Below are positions 1-9,004 of a DNA stretch of 64,000 nucleotides, piece after piece. A model generated the notes under the pieces. That model was given only the letters and a program-made list of their open reading frames with translations, was not told the origin of the DNA and did no database searches. Numbering within the stretch: the first letter of the stretch is position 1; every line of letters begins with the position of its first letter. The DNA lies in assembly GCA_038063895.1 (NCBI GenBank), contig JBBTUG010000006.1:6701-70700 (forward strand). Reading direction: 5' to 3'. The DNA is from Patescibacteria group bacterium. Lineage in GTDB: Bacteria; Patescibacteriota; WWE3; JAMCXX01; JBBTUG01. The translations under genes were made by a program, and so were the position numbers.

Positions 1-33
1 GCCTTAAAACGCGGTTGGTTAATTCTCCTCATT

Positions 34-1470
34 TTGGGCGCCGTTTATTTCCTGACTTTTTCGGCGCTCTCAGTCCTGAAACACCGTTCTTTCCATTCGA
101 CCTATCTTGATTTGGGATTGGAAGCTCAATCGGTTTGGAATACGAGCCAAGGGCGGCCTTTACGGGTTTCGTTCGGTGAAAATGGAGAGGAAATATCCGC
201 GCTTTCGTACCATGTCAGCCCCGTTGTTGCTTTCCTGGCGCCTTTATACCGAGTTTGGCCGACTGTTGAGTTGCTGTTAATTATTCAGACCTTAATCCTT
301 ACTTTGGGCGCCGTTCCTCTGTATCTGCTGGCTAAGGACCTTTTGAAATCCCGGTTATTGCCCCTCATTGTGGTGATTTCCTATTTTCTTAGTCCGTCTC
401 TGCAGTGGTCGAACCTAAATGATTTCCACCCCCAAACTCTGGCCACTACCCCACTCCTGTTTCTTTTTTGGTTTTACTACAGAAAAAAATGGTTCTGGTT
501 CTTTCTGATGTTAGTTTTGTCGCTTCTCATCAAAGAAAATATCGCCTTAGTCACGGCCGTTTTCGGACTGTTGATTATATTTTCGAAAATTAAGCCATCC
601 TTTGAGAAACGGGAAACGCTTATTGGTCTGGCAGTTTTTATCCTCTCTTTATTCTGGTTCCTTAGCGCCGTTTATTTAATTATGCCGTTTTTTTCCGGCG
701 GAGCGATGGGGGCTTTGGGACGGTACGAATACTTGGGCCGCACCCCGGGGGAAATTATTTTCCGTCTGGCGACTGACTGGAATTTGGATTTAAAAATTCT
801 ACTGGTGCCGGCTAAAATTAAATATCTGTTTCATCTCCTCGTCTCCGCCGGCTTTTTTTCCCTACTAAGTCCTTTTTATCTGTTGCCCGCCGCGACTGAG
901 CTTATTCTGAACCTCTTTTCCGCCTATAATCCTCAATGGCAGGTAAAGTTCCATTACACGGCCGCGATTACCCCTTTTATCTATATTTCCGCCATTTATG
1001 GGATGAAACGATGCCGAACGTTTCTGGCAAAGAAATCTTTTGTAGCGCCCGTTTCCGAGATCATTATTGCATTTTATCTGGTAGCTATTTCGCTGTTGTG
1101 GAACTACGCGCACAGCCCCTCGCCCCTCGCGAAAGATTTTGATTCCTCTATCTACAAGGTTGCAGACAACGATGTGCAGCGGGAACGGGTTTTGCGAAGT
1201 CTACCGGTTTCGGCTTCCGTCTCCGCGATGAACAATCTTGGGGCGCACCTGGCCAACCGCCGTTACCTTTGGCGGTTCCCGATCGGGATTGAAAAGTCTG
1301 ATTTCATCGTCGTTGATCCGACCCTTCCCGGAACAAACTTTGATCTTTCCCAAATAGGTGCGGGCGAGTTTGATAAGATCTGGGGTCCACTGTTGACCGA
1401 CCAAAGATACGAAATATTTTTCCAGTCAAAGAACCTGTTTATCTTAAAAAGAAACTCTTTGCTAAACTAA
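34..1470 (+). CDS. Polytopic integral membrane protein, DUF2079-like (putative glycosyltransferase-associated); reading frame is open to the window start, so the 5' end may be truncated
   Basis: 478-aa ORF with many hydrophobic helices and an N-terminal 'HRSFHSTYLDLGLEAQSVWN' motif. It sits next to GT4 and GT2 genes. There is no stop codon between position 1 and the first candidate start (TTG at 34). Confidence 0.45.
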   Translation: MGAVYFLTFSALSVLKHRSFHSTYLDLGLEAQSVWNTSQGRPLRVSFGENGEEISALSYHVSPVVAFLAPLYRVWPTVELLLIIQTLILTLGAVPLYLLAKDLLKSRLLPLIVVISYFLSPSLQWSNLNDFHPQTLATTPLLFLFWFYYRKKWFWFFLMLVLSLLIKENIALVTAVFGLLIIFSKIKPSFEKRETLIGLAVFILSLFWFLSAVYLIMPFFSGGAMGALGRYEYLGRTPGEIIFRLATDWNLDLKILLVPAKIKYLFHLLVSAGFFSLLSPFYLLPAATELILNLFSAYNPQWQVKFHYTAAITPFIYISAIYGMKRCRTFLAKKSFVAPVSEIIIAFYLVAISLLWNYAHSPSPLAKDFDSSIYKVADNDVQRERVLRSLPVSASVSAMNNLGAHLANRRYLWRFPIGIEKSDFIVVDPTLPGTNFDLSQIGAGEFDKIWGPLLTDQRYEIFFQSKNLFILKRNSLLN

Positions 1471-1480
1471 GAGACGAAAA

Positions 1481-2683
1481 ATGAAAATAATTTTTATAAC
1501 TTACGATCTGCCTTATCCGTTATCCTCCGGGGGGAAGATTAGGGCTTTCCAGATGCTCAAAGCCCTGTCTGCCCGGTATGAGATTACCCTTTATTCCTAC
1601 GTACGGACGGATCCCGACCCCGGACACCTGACGGAATTGCGGAAATACTGTCGGGAGATTCGGCTTTATCAACGGCAAAAAGTCTGGTCATTGGGCCATT
1701 TTCTCCGGGCAGGTTTCTCGGCGTTGCCGGGAACTATCGCTCACTACGTTTGTCCTAAACTTAAGCAGGATTTACTGACGGAGTTGACTACCGGAGGCTA
1801 CCTGGCAGTTCATTTCGAATCCTATTATTCGAGTCTGTATTTACCGGAGGTAAAGGCGCTTGGGATAAATACCATCCTTGGAACGGAAAATATCGAATAT
1901 GATCTTTATCGTAAATTTGTCCTTAGCCTTCCGTTTATAGCCTTGCCGCTCAAGGCCTTCCTTTATTTTGATCTTGGCAAGATGCGCCGTTTTGAAGAGA
2001 ACTCGTGGCGGTTGGCGGACTCCGTTCTCGCCGTTTCGGAGGAAGAGGCTGCCGTTATCTCAAAGGCGGCCGGAAGAGAGGTTCAAGTAGTCGCCAATGG
2101 GGTGGACATACGCCAGTTTGCCGCTGTTGCCAGAAAAGCCTCCGGGCCCCCGACGGTTATTTTTGTCGGTAACCTAAAATACCTCCAAAACGACCGGGGG
2201 ATTAAAAAATTTCTCTCCGTGACTTTGCCGATAATAAGAAAAGAATGTCCGGACTTAGTAGTTAAAATCGTCAGCAGCCACCGGCCCGCCTGGATTAACG
2301 ATTATCTGTCCGGGATTGAACTGATTATCGATAGTCAAACGCCTTTTTCCGAATTTGCGCCCCGAGCCGACGTGCTGATTAATCCGGTCGAAGTCAAAGG
2401 GGGCACCCGGATAAAATTGCTGGAAGGATTAGCCGCCGGGTTGCCGGTTGTTACTTATAGCTCAAGTCTTTCGGGGTTTGACCGGCTGGTACCGGGACGA
2501 GATTTACTGGTCGCGGAAACGCCGGAAAGTTTTGCGGCCTCGGTTGTCCGGCTTTTGGGTGACGCCGCCTTGCGTGATAAGATAGGCGCGGGTGGCCGGG
2601 AAGTGGCGGTCGGGAATTACAGTTGGGATAAAAGCATGGCTCGCCTTTTGAATATTTACCAAAAACTGATTATCGATGAATAA
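1481..2683 (+). CDS. Glycosyltransferase family 4 (GT-B, 'group 1')
   Basis: 400 aa. C-terminal 'RADVLINPVEVKGGTRIKLLEGLAAGLPVVT' matches the GT4 EX7E/nucleotide-sugar binding region. Embedded in a polysaccharide locus. Confidence 0.7.
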   Translation: MKIIFITYDLPYPLSSGGKIRAFQMLKALSARYEITLYSYVRTDPDPGHLTELRKYCREIRLYQRQKVWSLGHFLRAGFSALPGTIAHYVCPKLKQDLLTELTTGGYLAVHFESYYSSLYLPEVKALGINTILGTENIEYDLYRKFVLSLPFIALPLKAFLYFDLGKMRRFEENSWRLADSVLAVSEEEAAVISKAAGREVQVVANGVDIRQFAAVARKASGPPTVIFVGNLKYLQNDRGIKKFLSVTLPIIRKECPDLVVKIVSSHRPAWINDYLSGIELIIDSQTPFSEFAPRADVLINPVEVKGGTRIKLLEGLAAGLPVVTYSSSLSGFDRLVPGRDLLVAETPESFAASVVRLLGDAALRDKIGAGGREVAVGNYSWDKSMARLLNIYQKLIIDE

Positions 2684-5237
2684 AATATTCTTTAAAATAT
2701 ATCAGTTCGGTTTGGTTATTCTGGTGTTGCTTTTTCCTCTCGCCAACAGCGATCTTTATTATTTTGTTAATCCCAAGCTCTATCCTGCCCGGGCTTTTCT
2801 GGTAGTTTTAATATTATTTTCCGGGTTGGCGCTTATGGCTAATTTACTTAGGAAGAAGAGCGCCGGTTTTATCATCAACGAAATAAAATCCGACCAGTTC
2901 TTAAAGATAGTTTTGGCGCTTTTTGTCGTCCGGGCGGTATCGATTAACATGAGCCGAAATTACCAGGCTAGTTTTCTTCTTCTGGCATTTTTTGCCTCAA
3001 TGATCGCCCTTTATCTGATGCTAAAATATGTTTTTTCACGGGATGGTAAATTTCTATTTAATCTTTATTTAGTTCATCTCCTTGCCGTCGCCCTGATCGG
3101 TTTTTACGGAATAGCCCAAGCCTTGCTTCTGCTCATAGATATTAAACTGCCGGGAGTTTTGCTGGGGGGAACATTCCTCCGAGTCCCGGCGACTTTTTAC
3201 GATGCCAACCATCTGCCGGCTTACTTACTGACTGGTCTGCCGTTTATCCTGGTTTTTGGATGGATGCAGAGAAATAAGATTCTCGGAAGGCTCCTATTGG
3301 GGCTGACCGGACTTTTAGGGGTTGTCGTCCTCTTATCTTTTTCCCGGAGCGGGTTTGCCGGATTTTTTCTCAGTTTTGTCATTATATTCCTGAGTATTGT
3401 CCGTTTCGGTTACTGGCAAAAAGCCGCCCAGTTATTTTCCATCGTTGTGATTATCGCTTTCGTTATCTTTCTCTCCGGCCGGACTCAGTTTTCTTTGGTC
3501 AACCGACTTTTCGGTTCCTTCACTTCGGCAGAGAAGTCAACGGTCGCCCACGTGGCGCTGCTTTACGGCGAGTTTAAAATATTCCTCGACCATCCGGTTT
3601 TGGGTGTCGGGTACGGCAGTTTCAGTGAGTATTTCCGCAGCTCGGAAATCGGGCGGGAGCACGCCGTTGTCGATCCGGCGACCCAGGTTAGGATTCCGCC
3701 GCACAGTCTTTGGCTGGAGGCACTCAGCGAGACGGGGATCGTCGGCTTTTCGCTGTACTTATCACTTTTGCTGCTTATTTTTGAGTCATTGGTGAAAGCG
3801 TTGAGAAAGGTTAGTGGCAAAAAAGACCGCCTATATCTGACGGGATTACTGGCCGGATTTTTAGGTCTGAACCTGGCCAGCATCTTTTATTCTTTCAATC
3901 TCGAATTCTTTTGGTTCTATCTGATTTATTGCTATCTTTACAGCCGGAAAGTTTATCAGACGAAAGAGGCGCTACCGACACCGGCCGCTTTGGAGGAGAG
4001 CGAAAAACTGCCGTGGCGGGAAATCGGCGCAATGTTATTCACCGCGTTATTTTCCGGAATATTTATTTTTTGGGGTTTGGGTTGGGGACACCTACTCAGC
4101 GAGGAAGAGGGGTTAAATGCTTATCTCTCGAAATGGATGTTGCGCCGCTACGAAATGGGCTGGCCAGATTTTTGGATAACGCAGCTTCAGGCTTCCGGCT
4201 GGTTCCAAAAGACGCCGTTTGCCTATTGGCTGGGAACGGTAATGATGTTTCTCTACTACATCACGACTTTTTCGGCTAAATTCTTTCCCGCCTTTTTTGG
4301 CTGGCTGGCAACATTACTGGTTTACCTGCTCGGACGGCGTTTCTTCGGCCGAGGGGTGGCGATTCTTGCCGGGATGATCCTTGTGGCGCTGCCTCTCTTT
4401 TTGTTAAATGTCCGCACAGGCGCGGTTTATCCGATCCTGCTCTTCTACCTGTTGACCTTAGTATTAGCCGCTTCCCGGCTGCGGACTCAACCGACATTGT
4501 GGCTGGCGGCGGGAATCATCCAACTGCTGTTTTTCTTTACCGACCAGCAATTGGCGTGGTGGCCGTTTACGATTTTGAGCCTTTACGGAATCTTTCTTCT
4601 TTTCCGGGCCGGGAAAGCCATTCGCAAACGGGCCTATTTTCCGCTGCTTTGTTTTCTAAGTTACTTAGTCCTGGCGATAGTACCTTTTAGTTTTTGGTAC
4701 CAATCGATGGCCGCCAAATTCGGGGAAGCATTTATCCAAGGATTTCCCCTGACACCGGTGTTAATTTATAGTCCGTTGCTTCTTTTAGTTTTATTATCTT
4801 TAAGTTCCCTCATTCTGGCTTATTGGCTTACGCGCCGTCTCCATTTGTTTAACAGCGTCCGCTCCCGGCTGGTACTCGTTGTTTTCTTAGCCATTTTGGC
4901 TGGAACCGGGAATCTTCAAACGCGGCAGATTTCGCCGGACTACCGGCAACTAAAGCTGGCGGCCGCCAGATATAATGATAATGGCGACGGGAACATGCCC
5001 TTATTGGTGGATCATACCCCTTCCTGGGTCCTTACTTACTACAGCGAAATTCCGATTTGGTGGCGGACCGGACGGACGGACATGGAAAAATCTTTTCTTG
5101 ATGGTAAACTGAATAGCTTCTACGCGATTTTGCCGGGAGCCGACTTCCGGGTAATCCGGCGGCAGTTGGTCGGTCGTCAGATTGGGATTAAGATTGTTGC
5201 CGCGGCCGAAGACTGGGTTTTGGTCAAAAAGTGGTAA
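2676..5237 (+). CDS. Large polytopic membrane protein: N-terminal O-antigen ligase/Wzy_C-like domain fused to a C-terminal GT39/ArnT/PMT-like glycosyltransferase-like domain
   Basis: 853 aa with about 20 predicted TM segments. The central region 'HVALLYGEFKIFLDHPVLGVGYGSF...HSLWLEALSETGIVGF' is typical of the Wzy_C/O-antigen ligase family. The C-terminal half 'FFGRGVAILAGMILVALPLFLL' resembles GT39/GT83. Confidence 0.5.
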   Translation: MNKIFFKIYQFGLVILVLLFPLANSDLYYFVNPKLYPARAFLVVLILFSGLALMANLLRKKSAGFIINEIKSDQFLKIVLALFVVRAVSINMSRNYQASFLLLAFFASMIALYLMLKYVFSRDGKFLFNLYLVHLLAVALIGFYGIAQALLLLIDIKLPGVLLGGTFLRVPATFYDANHLPAYLLTGLPFILVFGWMQRNKILGRLLLGLTGLLGVVVLLSFSRSGFAGFFLSFVIIFLSIVRFGYWQKAAQLFSIVVIIAFVIFLSGRTQFSLVNRLFGSFTSAEKSTVAHVALLYGEFKIFLDHPVLGVGYGSFSEYFRSSEIGREHAVVDPATQVRIPPHSLWLEALSETGIVGFSLYLSLLLLIFESLVKALRKVSGKKDRLYLTGLLAGFLGLNLASIFYSFNLEFFWFYLIYCYLYSRKVYQTKEALPTPAALEESEKLPWREIGAMLFTALFSGIFIFWGLGWGHLLSEEEGLNAYLSKWMLRRYEMGWPDFWITQLQASGWFQKTPFAYWLGTVMMFLYYITTFSAKFFPAFFGWLATLLVYLLGRRFFGRGVAILAGMILVALPLFLLNVRTGAVYPILLFYLLTLVLAASRLRTQPTLWLAAGIIQLLFFFTDQQLAWWPFTILSLYGIFLLFRAGKAIRKRAYFPLLCFLSYLVLAIVPFSFWYQSMAAKFGEAFIQGFPLTPVLIYSPLLLLVLLSLSSLILAYWLTRRLHLFNSVRSRLVLVVFLAILAGTGNLQTRQISPDYRQLKLAAARYNDNGDGNMPLLVDHTPSWVLTYYSEIPIWWRTGRTDMEKSFLDGKLNSFYAILPGADFRVIRRQLVGRQIGIKIVAAAEDWVLVKKW

Positions 5238-5239
5238 GT

Positions 5240-5941
5240 ATGAATAAACTGAAAGAACTATCTGTCTTTTTCCCGATATATAACGAGGAGAAAAATATCC
5301 GTACGACATTCGCGAAAACGTTAGCGGTTTTGCCGACTGTCGCCGAGAAGTTTGAAATTCTCCTGGTTAATGACGGTTCCAGTGACCGGACCGGTAAAGT
5401 TCTCGAAGAACTCGCGGCGGGCAACCCCCTTGTCAGAGTTATTACCCATCCCGTTAACCGCGGCTACGGCGCGGCTTTAAAAAGCGGTTTGTACGGAGCG
5501 GCCTACGAGTGGGTGGCCTTTACCGATTCGGACGGGCAGTTTGATTTTTCGGAAATCACCCGCTTTATCGAAACCCAGGCTAAAACCGGCGCCGATATGG
5601 TTATTGGCTATTATCTTCACCGGGCCGTTCCTTTCTACCGGAAAGTTAATTCTTTCCTTTGGCAATTTACCGTGCTCCTTTTTTTCGGCCTTTCCGTCCG
5701 GGACATTGATTGCGGTTTTAAGCTCTTCCGAAAAAAAGTAATTGAAACCATTCCACCCTTGGAGTCGGAACGCGGAGCGTTTATCAGCACCGAGTTCCTA
5801 ATTAAAGCGAAGAAATCAGGGTTTAAAATGGTCGAAATCGGTGTCCACCATTATCCCGCCACCCGGCCGGGGACAGGGGCGAATCTGAACGTGATTCTCA
5901 AAAGCTTTTCCGACCTGTTCAAACTTCGGCGGCGTTTATGA
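5240..5941 (+). CDS. GT2 polyprenyl-phosphate glycosyltransferase (DPM1/GtrB-like)
   Basis: 'SVFFPIYNEEKNI...LLVNDGSSDRT...AFTDSDGQFD' are GT-A DxD-type motifs. The length (about 233 aa) matches dolichol/undecaprenyl-phosphate sugar synthases. Confidence 0.7.
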   Translation: MNKLKELSVFFPIYNEEKNIRTTFAKTLAVLPTVAEKFEILLVNDGSSDRTGKVLEELAAGNPLVRVITHPVNRGYGAALKSGLYGAAYEWVAFTDSDGQFDFSEITRFIETQAKTGADMVIGYYLHRAVPFYRKVNSFLWQFTVLLFFGLSVRDIDCGFKLFRKKVIETIPPLESERGAFISTEFLIKAKKSGFKMVEIGVHHYPATRPGTGANLNVILKSFSDLFKLRRRL

Positions 5942-7206
5942 ATATCGGGATTATTGGCGGGGGATTAACGGGGCTGACGGCAGCCCTAAGACTGGCGCAG
6001 AAAGGCGAATCCGTAACCGTTTTCGAAAGCTCGGATAGTTGGGGCGGCCTGGCCTCGGCTTATGAAATTATTCCCGGCGTTTTAATCGAGCGTTTTTACC
6101 ACCATATTTTTACCAATGATCGGGATATTCTCTCTCTCTGCGCGGAGCTTAAGATTTCCGGGAAACTGAAAGTTCTTGACGGGAAAACCTCGCATCTTTA
6201 TCAAGGCAAAATTTATCCCCTCGATACTCCGTTGACGGTTTTAAAATTTTCGCCCTTAAGTTTTTTCGACCGGATCCGTTTTGGCCTTGTTACCCTTTAC
6301 CTAAAATTAAAAACCAGTCCGGGATACTTCGACCGGGTAACCGCCGTGGCTTGGCTTGAAAAATGGTACGGGAAAAGGGCCTACGGGATTGTCTGGCAGC
6401 CTTTGCTGCGGGGAAAGTTTGCCGCGGACTACGACAAAATCTCGATGACCTGGTTTTGGGCCCGGGTGAAAAAAAGAACATCGAAGCTGATATATCCGGA
6501 CGGCAGCTTTCAGGTGTTAATTACTGCCTTAACCGAGGAGATTCTCCGGCTTCGCGGAAGTCTCCGGCTGGGGGTTAATTTGGAGAGTGTGATGCCCGAA
6601 GGAAACGGCTGGAAAGTTACTGTAGGGGGTTTTCCCCTGTATTTCGATAAATTGATTACCACGACTTCCCTGCCGACTTTTTTGCGGATGTTTCCGGCCC
6701 TGCCCGTGCTTTACCGGAGTCAGCTCGCTTCGATCAAATATCTGACGGCCCAGGTAATGGTTTTGGTTTTAAAAAACCGTTTAAGCGCCAACTACTGGAT
6801 GAACGTTGGGGAGACGGATTTTCCGTTTCTGGTGGTCGGGGAGCAAAGCAACCTGTTCGGGACGGAGTATTATAAGGGCCGCTCCGTGGTGTATTTAGGC
6901 AACTATCTGATGGATACCGAGGCGCGACTGAAAATGGATGAAAAAGAATTACTGGCTCTTTACGAACCATACTTAAAGAAGATTAATCCGCGATTTGAAA
7001 CAGACTGGGTCGAGAAAGTAGCAAATTTCGTCGGACCTTTCGCCCAGCCGGTCGTTGATTTAGCTTATCGTGATAAGATCCCACCGCTTCCGGTTCCGGG
7101 CTACAGTAACTTATTTCTGGCGACAATGGCTCAAGTTTATCCTTGGGACCGGGGAACCAATTACAGCGTGAAGCTCGCTAATGAGCTGGTCGCGCAATTT
7201 TTTTAA
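5938..7206 (+). CDS. FAD/NAD(P)-binding oxidoreductase (UDP-galactopyranose mutase / protoporphyrinogen-oxidase-like fold)
   Basis: N-terminal dinucleotide-binding motif 'IGIIGGGLTGLTAALRLAQKGESVTVFE' followed by 'GGLASAYE' and 'RFYHHIFTNDRDI'. These resemble UGM/amine-oxidase superfamily motifs. The gene sits between glycosyltransferases. Confidence 0.5.
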   Translation: MNIGIIGGGLTGLTAALRLAQKGESVTVFESSDSWGGLASAYEIIPGVLIERFYHHIFTNDRDILSLCAELKISGKLKVLDGKTSHLYQGKIYPLDTPLTVLKFSPLSFFDRIRFGLVTLYLKLKTSPGYFDRVTAVAWLEKWYGKRAYGIVWQPLLRGKFAADYDKISMTWFWARVKKRTSKLIYPDGSFQVLITALTEEILRLRGSLRLGVNLESVMPEGNGWKVTVGGFPLYFDKLITTTSLPTFLRMFPALPVLYRSQLASIKYLTAQVMVLVLKNRLSANYWMNVGETDFPFLVVGEQSNLFGTEYYKGRSVVYLGNYLMDTEARLKMDEKELLALYEPYLKKINPRFETDWVEKVANFVGPFAQPVVDLAYRDKIPPLPVPGYSNLFLATMAQVYPWDRGTNYSVKLANELVAQFF

Positions 7207-7210
7207 ACAG

Positions 7211-8344
7211 ATGAAAATCGGAATTGATGCCCGTTTTTACAATGAGGCCGGACCGGGCCGTTATGTTAAGAACTTAATTTCCGAACTGGAAAAAATTGAT
7301 TCCGATAATACTTATTTTATTTTTTTAAAAAAATCCAATTACGACAGCTATATTCCGATTAACCCTAAGTTTAAAAAAATCTCCGCCCCCTACCAGTGGT
7401 ATAGCCTCAGTGAGCAGCTTTTGTTTCCTTTTAAAATTCTTTTGAGCGGAGTTGACCTGATGCACTTTACCCAATTCAATATTCCGGTCTTTTGGCCCGG
7501 CCCCTTTATCGTGACCATCCACGACATGATTATGCACGAATACTCCACCGAGAGGGACACCACCCGTTTTCCTTTTATCTATTGTCTGAAAAAAACTATC
7601 TACCTTATTGTTTTCCGGCTTGCCTGTTCCCGGGCCCGGCATATCCTGGTTCCCAGCCTTGCCACCCGCGACGATTTGGTGAATAAACTGAAAATACATA
7701 AAGAGAAAATTACCGTGACTTACGAAGGCGTGGGGGTGGAACCGGTTCAAGCTGAGGATGAGCCCGGAATCTTAGAAAAGTATGGAGTCCGCAGCCCGTA
7801 TCTACTGTACGTCGGGAGCATGTATCCGCACAAAAACTTAGAGCGGCTGATTTCCGCTTTTCAGTTGCTCTTGGGTAAGTTTCATTATCCCGGGAAGTTG
7901 GTGATTATCGGGAAGGAGAGCGATTTTTCCCGGCGTCTGCGCAGTTTAGTGGTCGGATTGGGTTTGGAAAAAGACGTGATCTTTCCCGGGGCGCAGTCTT
8001 CCGATGGTTACCTATCCGACCGGGAAGTTGCCGCTTTTTACCGGCAGGCGCAGTTGTATGTCTTCCCATCGTTAAAAGAAGGTTTCGGTTTGCCGACTCT
8101 GGAAGCGATGCGTTTTGGAATTCCAGTCGCGGCTTCGCGGGTCAGTTGCATTCCGGAGATTTGCGCACAGGCAGCGGTTTACTTCGACCCGGGTTCTCCC
8201 GAAGATATGGCGGAGAAAATCAACGGATTACTTACTGATGAAGATTTACGGAAAAGGCTGATTACGGCCGGCTATTCCCGGGCTGCTGAATTTTCCTGGA
8301 AAACGATGGCGGAGATGACTTTGTCGGCTTACCTCCGTTTGTGA
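7211..8344 (+). CDS. Glycosyltransferase family 4
   Basis: 'MKIGIDARF...' N-terminus and C-terminal 'FPSLKEGFGLPTLEAMRFGIPVAASRVSCIPEI' (the GT4 E-x7-E region). A likely real start at 7211 lies inside the ORF-track ORF 7181..8344. Confidence 0.7.
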   Translation: MKIGIDARFYNEAGPGRYVKNLISELEKIDSDNTYFIFLKKSNYDSYIPINPKFKKISAPYQWYSLSEQLLFPFKILLSGVDLMHFTQFNIPVFWPGPFIVTIHDMIMHEYSTERDTTRFPFIYCLKKTIYLIVFRLACSRARHILVPSLATRDDLVNKLKIHKEKITVTYEGVGVEPVQAEDEPGILEKYGVRSPYLLYVGSMYPHKNLERLISAFQLLLGKFHYPGKLVIIGKESDFSRRLRSLVVGLGLEKDVIFPGAQSSDGYLSDREVAAFYRQAQLYVFPSLKEGFGLPTLEAMRFGIPVAASRVSCIPEICAQAAVYFDPGSPEDMAEKINGLLTDEDLRKRLITAGYSRAAEFSWKTMAEMTLSAYLRL

Positions 8345-8369
8345 TATCCTTCTGTCAGTTGCTTCAACG

Positions 8370-9002
8370 ATGCTTATGATCGGGCGTAGTTACGAAATTG
8401 CTAAGCGGGTGACGGACATTATTATTTCTTTAATATGTTTTCTGTTACTTTCTCCGCTGTTCCTGGTTGTTAGTGTTTTAATTAAGCTGGACGACGGCGG
8501 TAAAGTGATTTATTTCCACGACCGCTGCGGCCGGGGACGGAAAACTTTCCGTCTTTATAAATTCCGTTCAATGGTTGAAAATGCCGATGATCTTCTTTTT
8601 TCGGATCCGAAGTTTCTGGAGCAGCTCCGTAGCGGGGTCCACAAAATTCCGAACGATCCGCGGATTACCCGGATCGGTAAGTTCATCCGGAAATACAGTA
8701 TTGATGAGCTGCCGCAGTTCATCAACGTTTTAAAGGGGGATATGAGCGTGGTCGGACCCCGGGCCTATCGGCCGGACGAGATGCAGAAGTTCGAGCAGGA
8801 CTGCCCCCAGATGGCGGGGGAAATTAACGATATTATGTCAGTCAAGCCGGGGATTACCGGTCTGTGGCAGGTCAGCGGCCGTTCAAAAATACCTTTCGAA
8901 AAGCGGGTCGTAATGGAAGCTTTCTACGCCCGGAAGAAATCGTTGGTCTTAGATTGGATTATAATGTTGAGAACGCCCCTGGCGATTATTGAAGGAGTCT
9001 AG
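8370..9002 (+). CDS. Small monotopic phosphoglycosyl transferase (bacterial sugar transferase, PglC/WbaP C-terminal-domain type); initiating enzyme
   Basis: 'KRVTDIIISLICFLLLSPLFLVVSVLIKLDDGGKVIYFHDRCGRGRKTFRLYKFRSM...DELPQFINVLKGDMSVVGPR' are hallmark motifs of polyprenyl-phosphate hexose-1-P transferases. Confidence 0.7.
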   Translation: MLMIGRSYEIAKRVTDIIISLICFLLLSPLFLVVSVLIKLDDGGKVIYFHDRCGRGRKTFRLYKFRSMVENADDLLFSDPKFLEQLRSGVHKIPNDPRITRIGKFIRKYSIDELPQFINVLKGDMSVVGPRAYRPDEMQKFEQDCPQMAGEINDIMSVKPGITGLWQVSGRSKIPFEKRVVMEAFYARKKSLVLDWIIMLRTPLAIIEGV

Positions 9003-9004
9003 CG

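Noticed and set aside
865-1113. Antisense or alternate-frame ORFs nested inside long genes. This example lies in the DUF2079-like membrane gene. Similar cases are 3563..3883 in the fused wzy gene, 13204..13812 in glyS, 17636..18136 across ftsI-murA, 40528..40833 in murG, 43622..44377 in ftsZ, 45163..45555 in ileS and 49281..49769 in rodA.
   Set aside because: All overlap well-supported genes on the other strand or frame, lack ribosome binding sites and have no recognisable domains. They are typical shadow ORFs.
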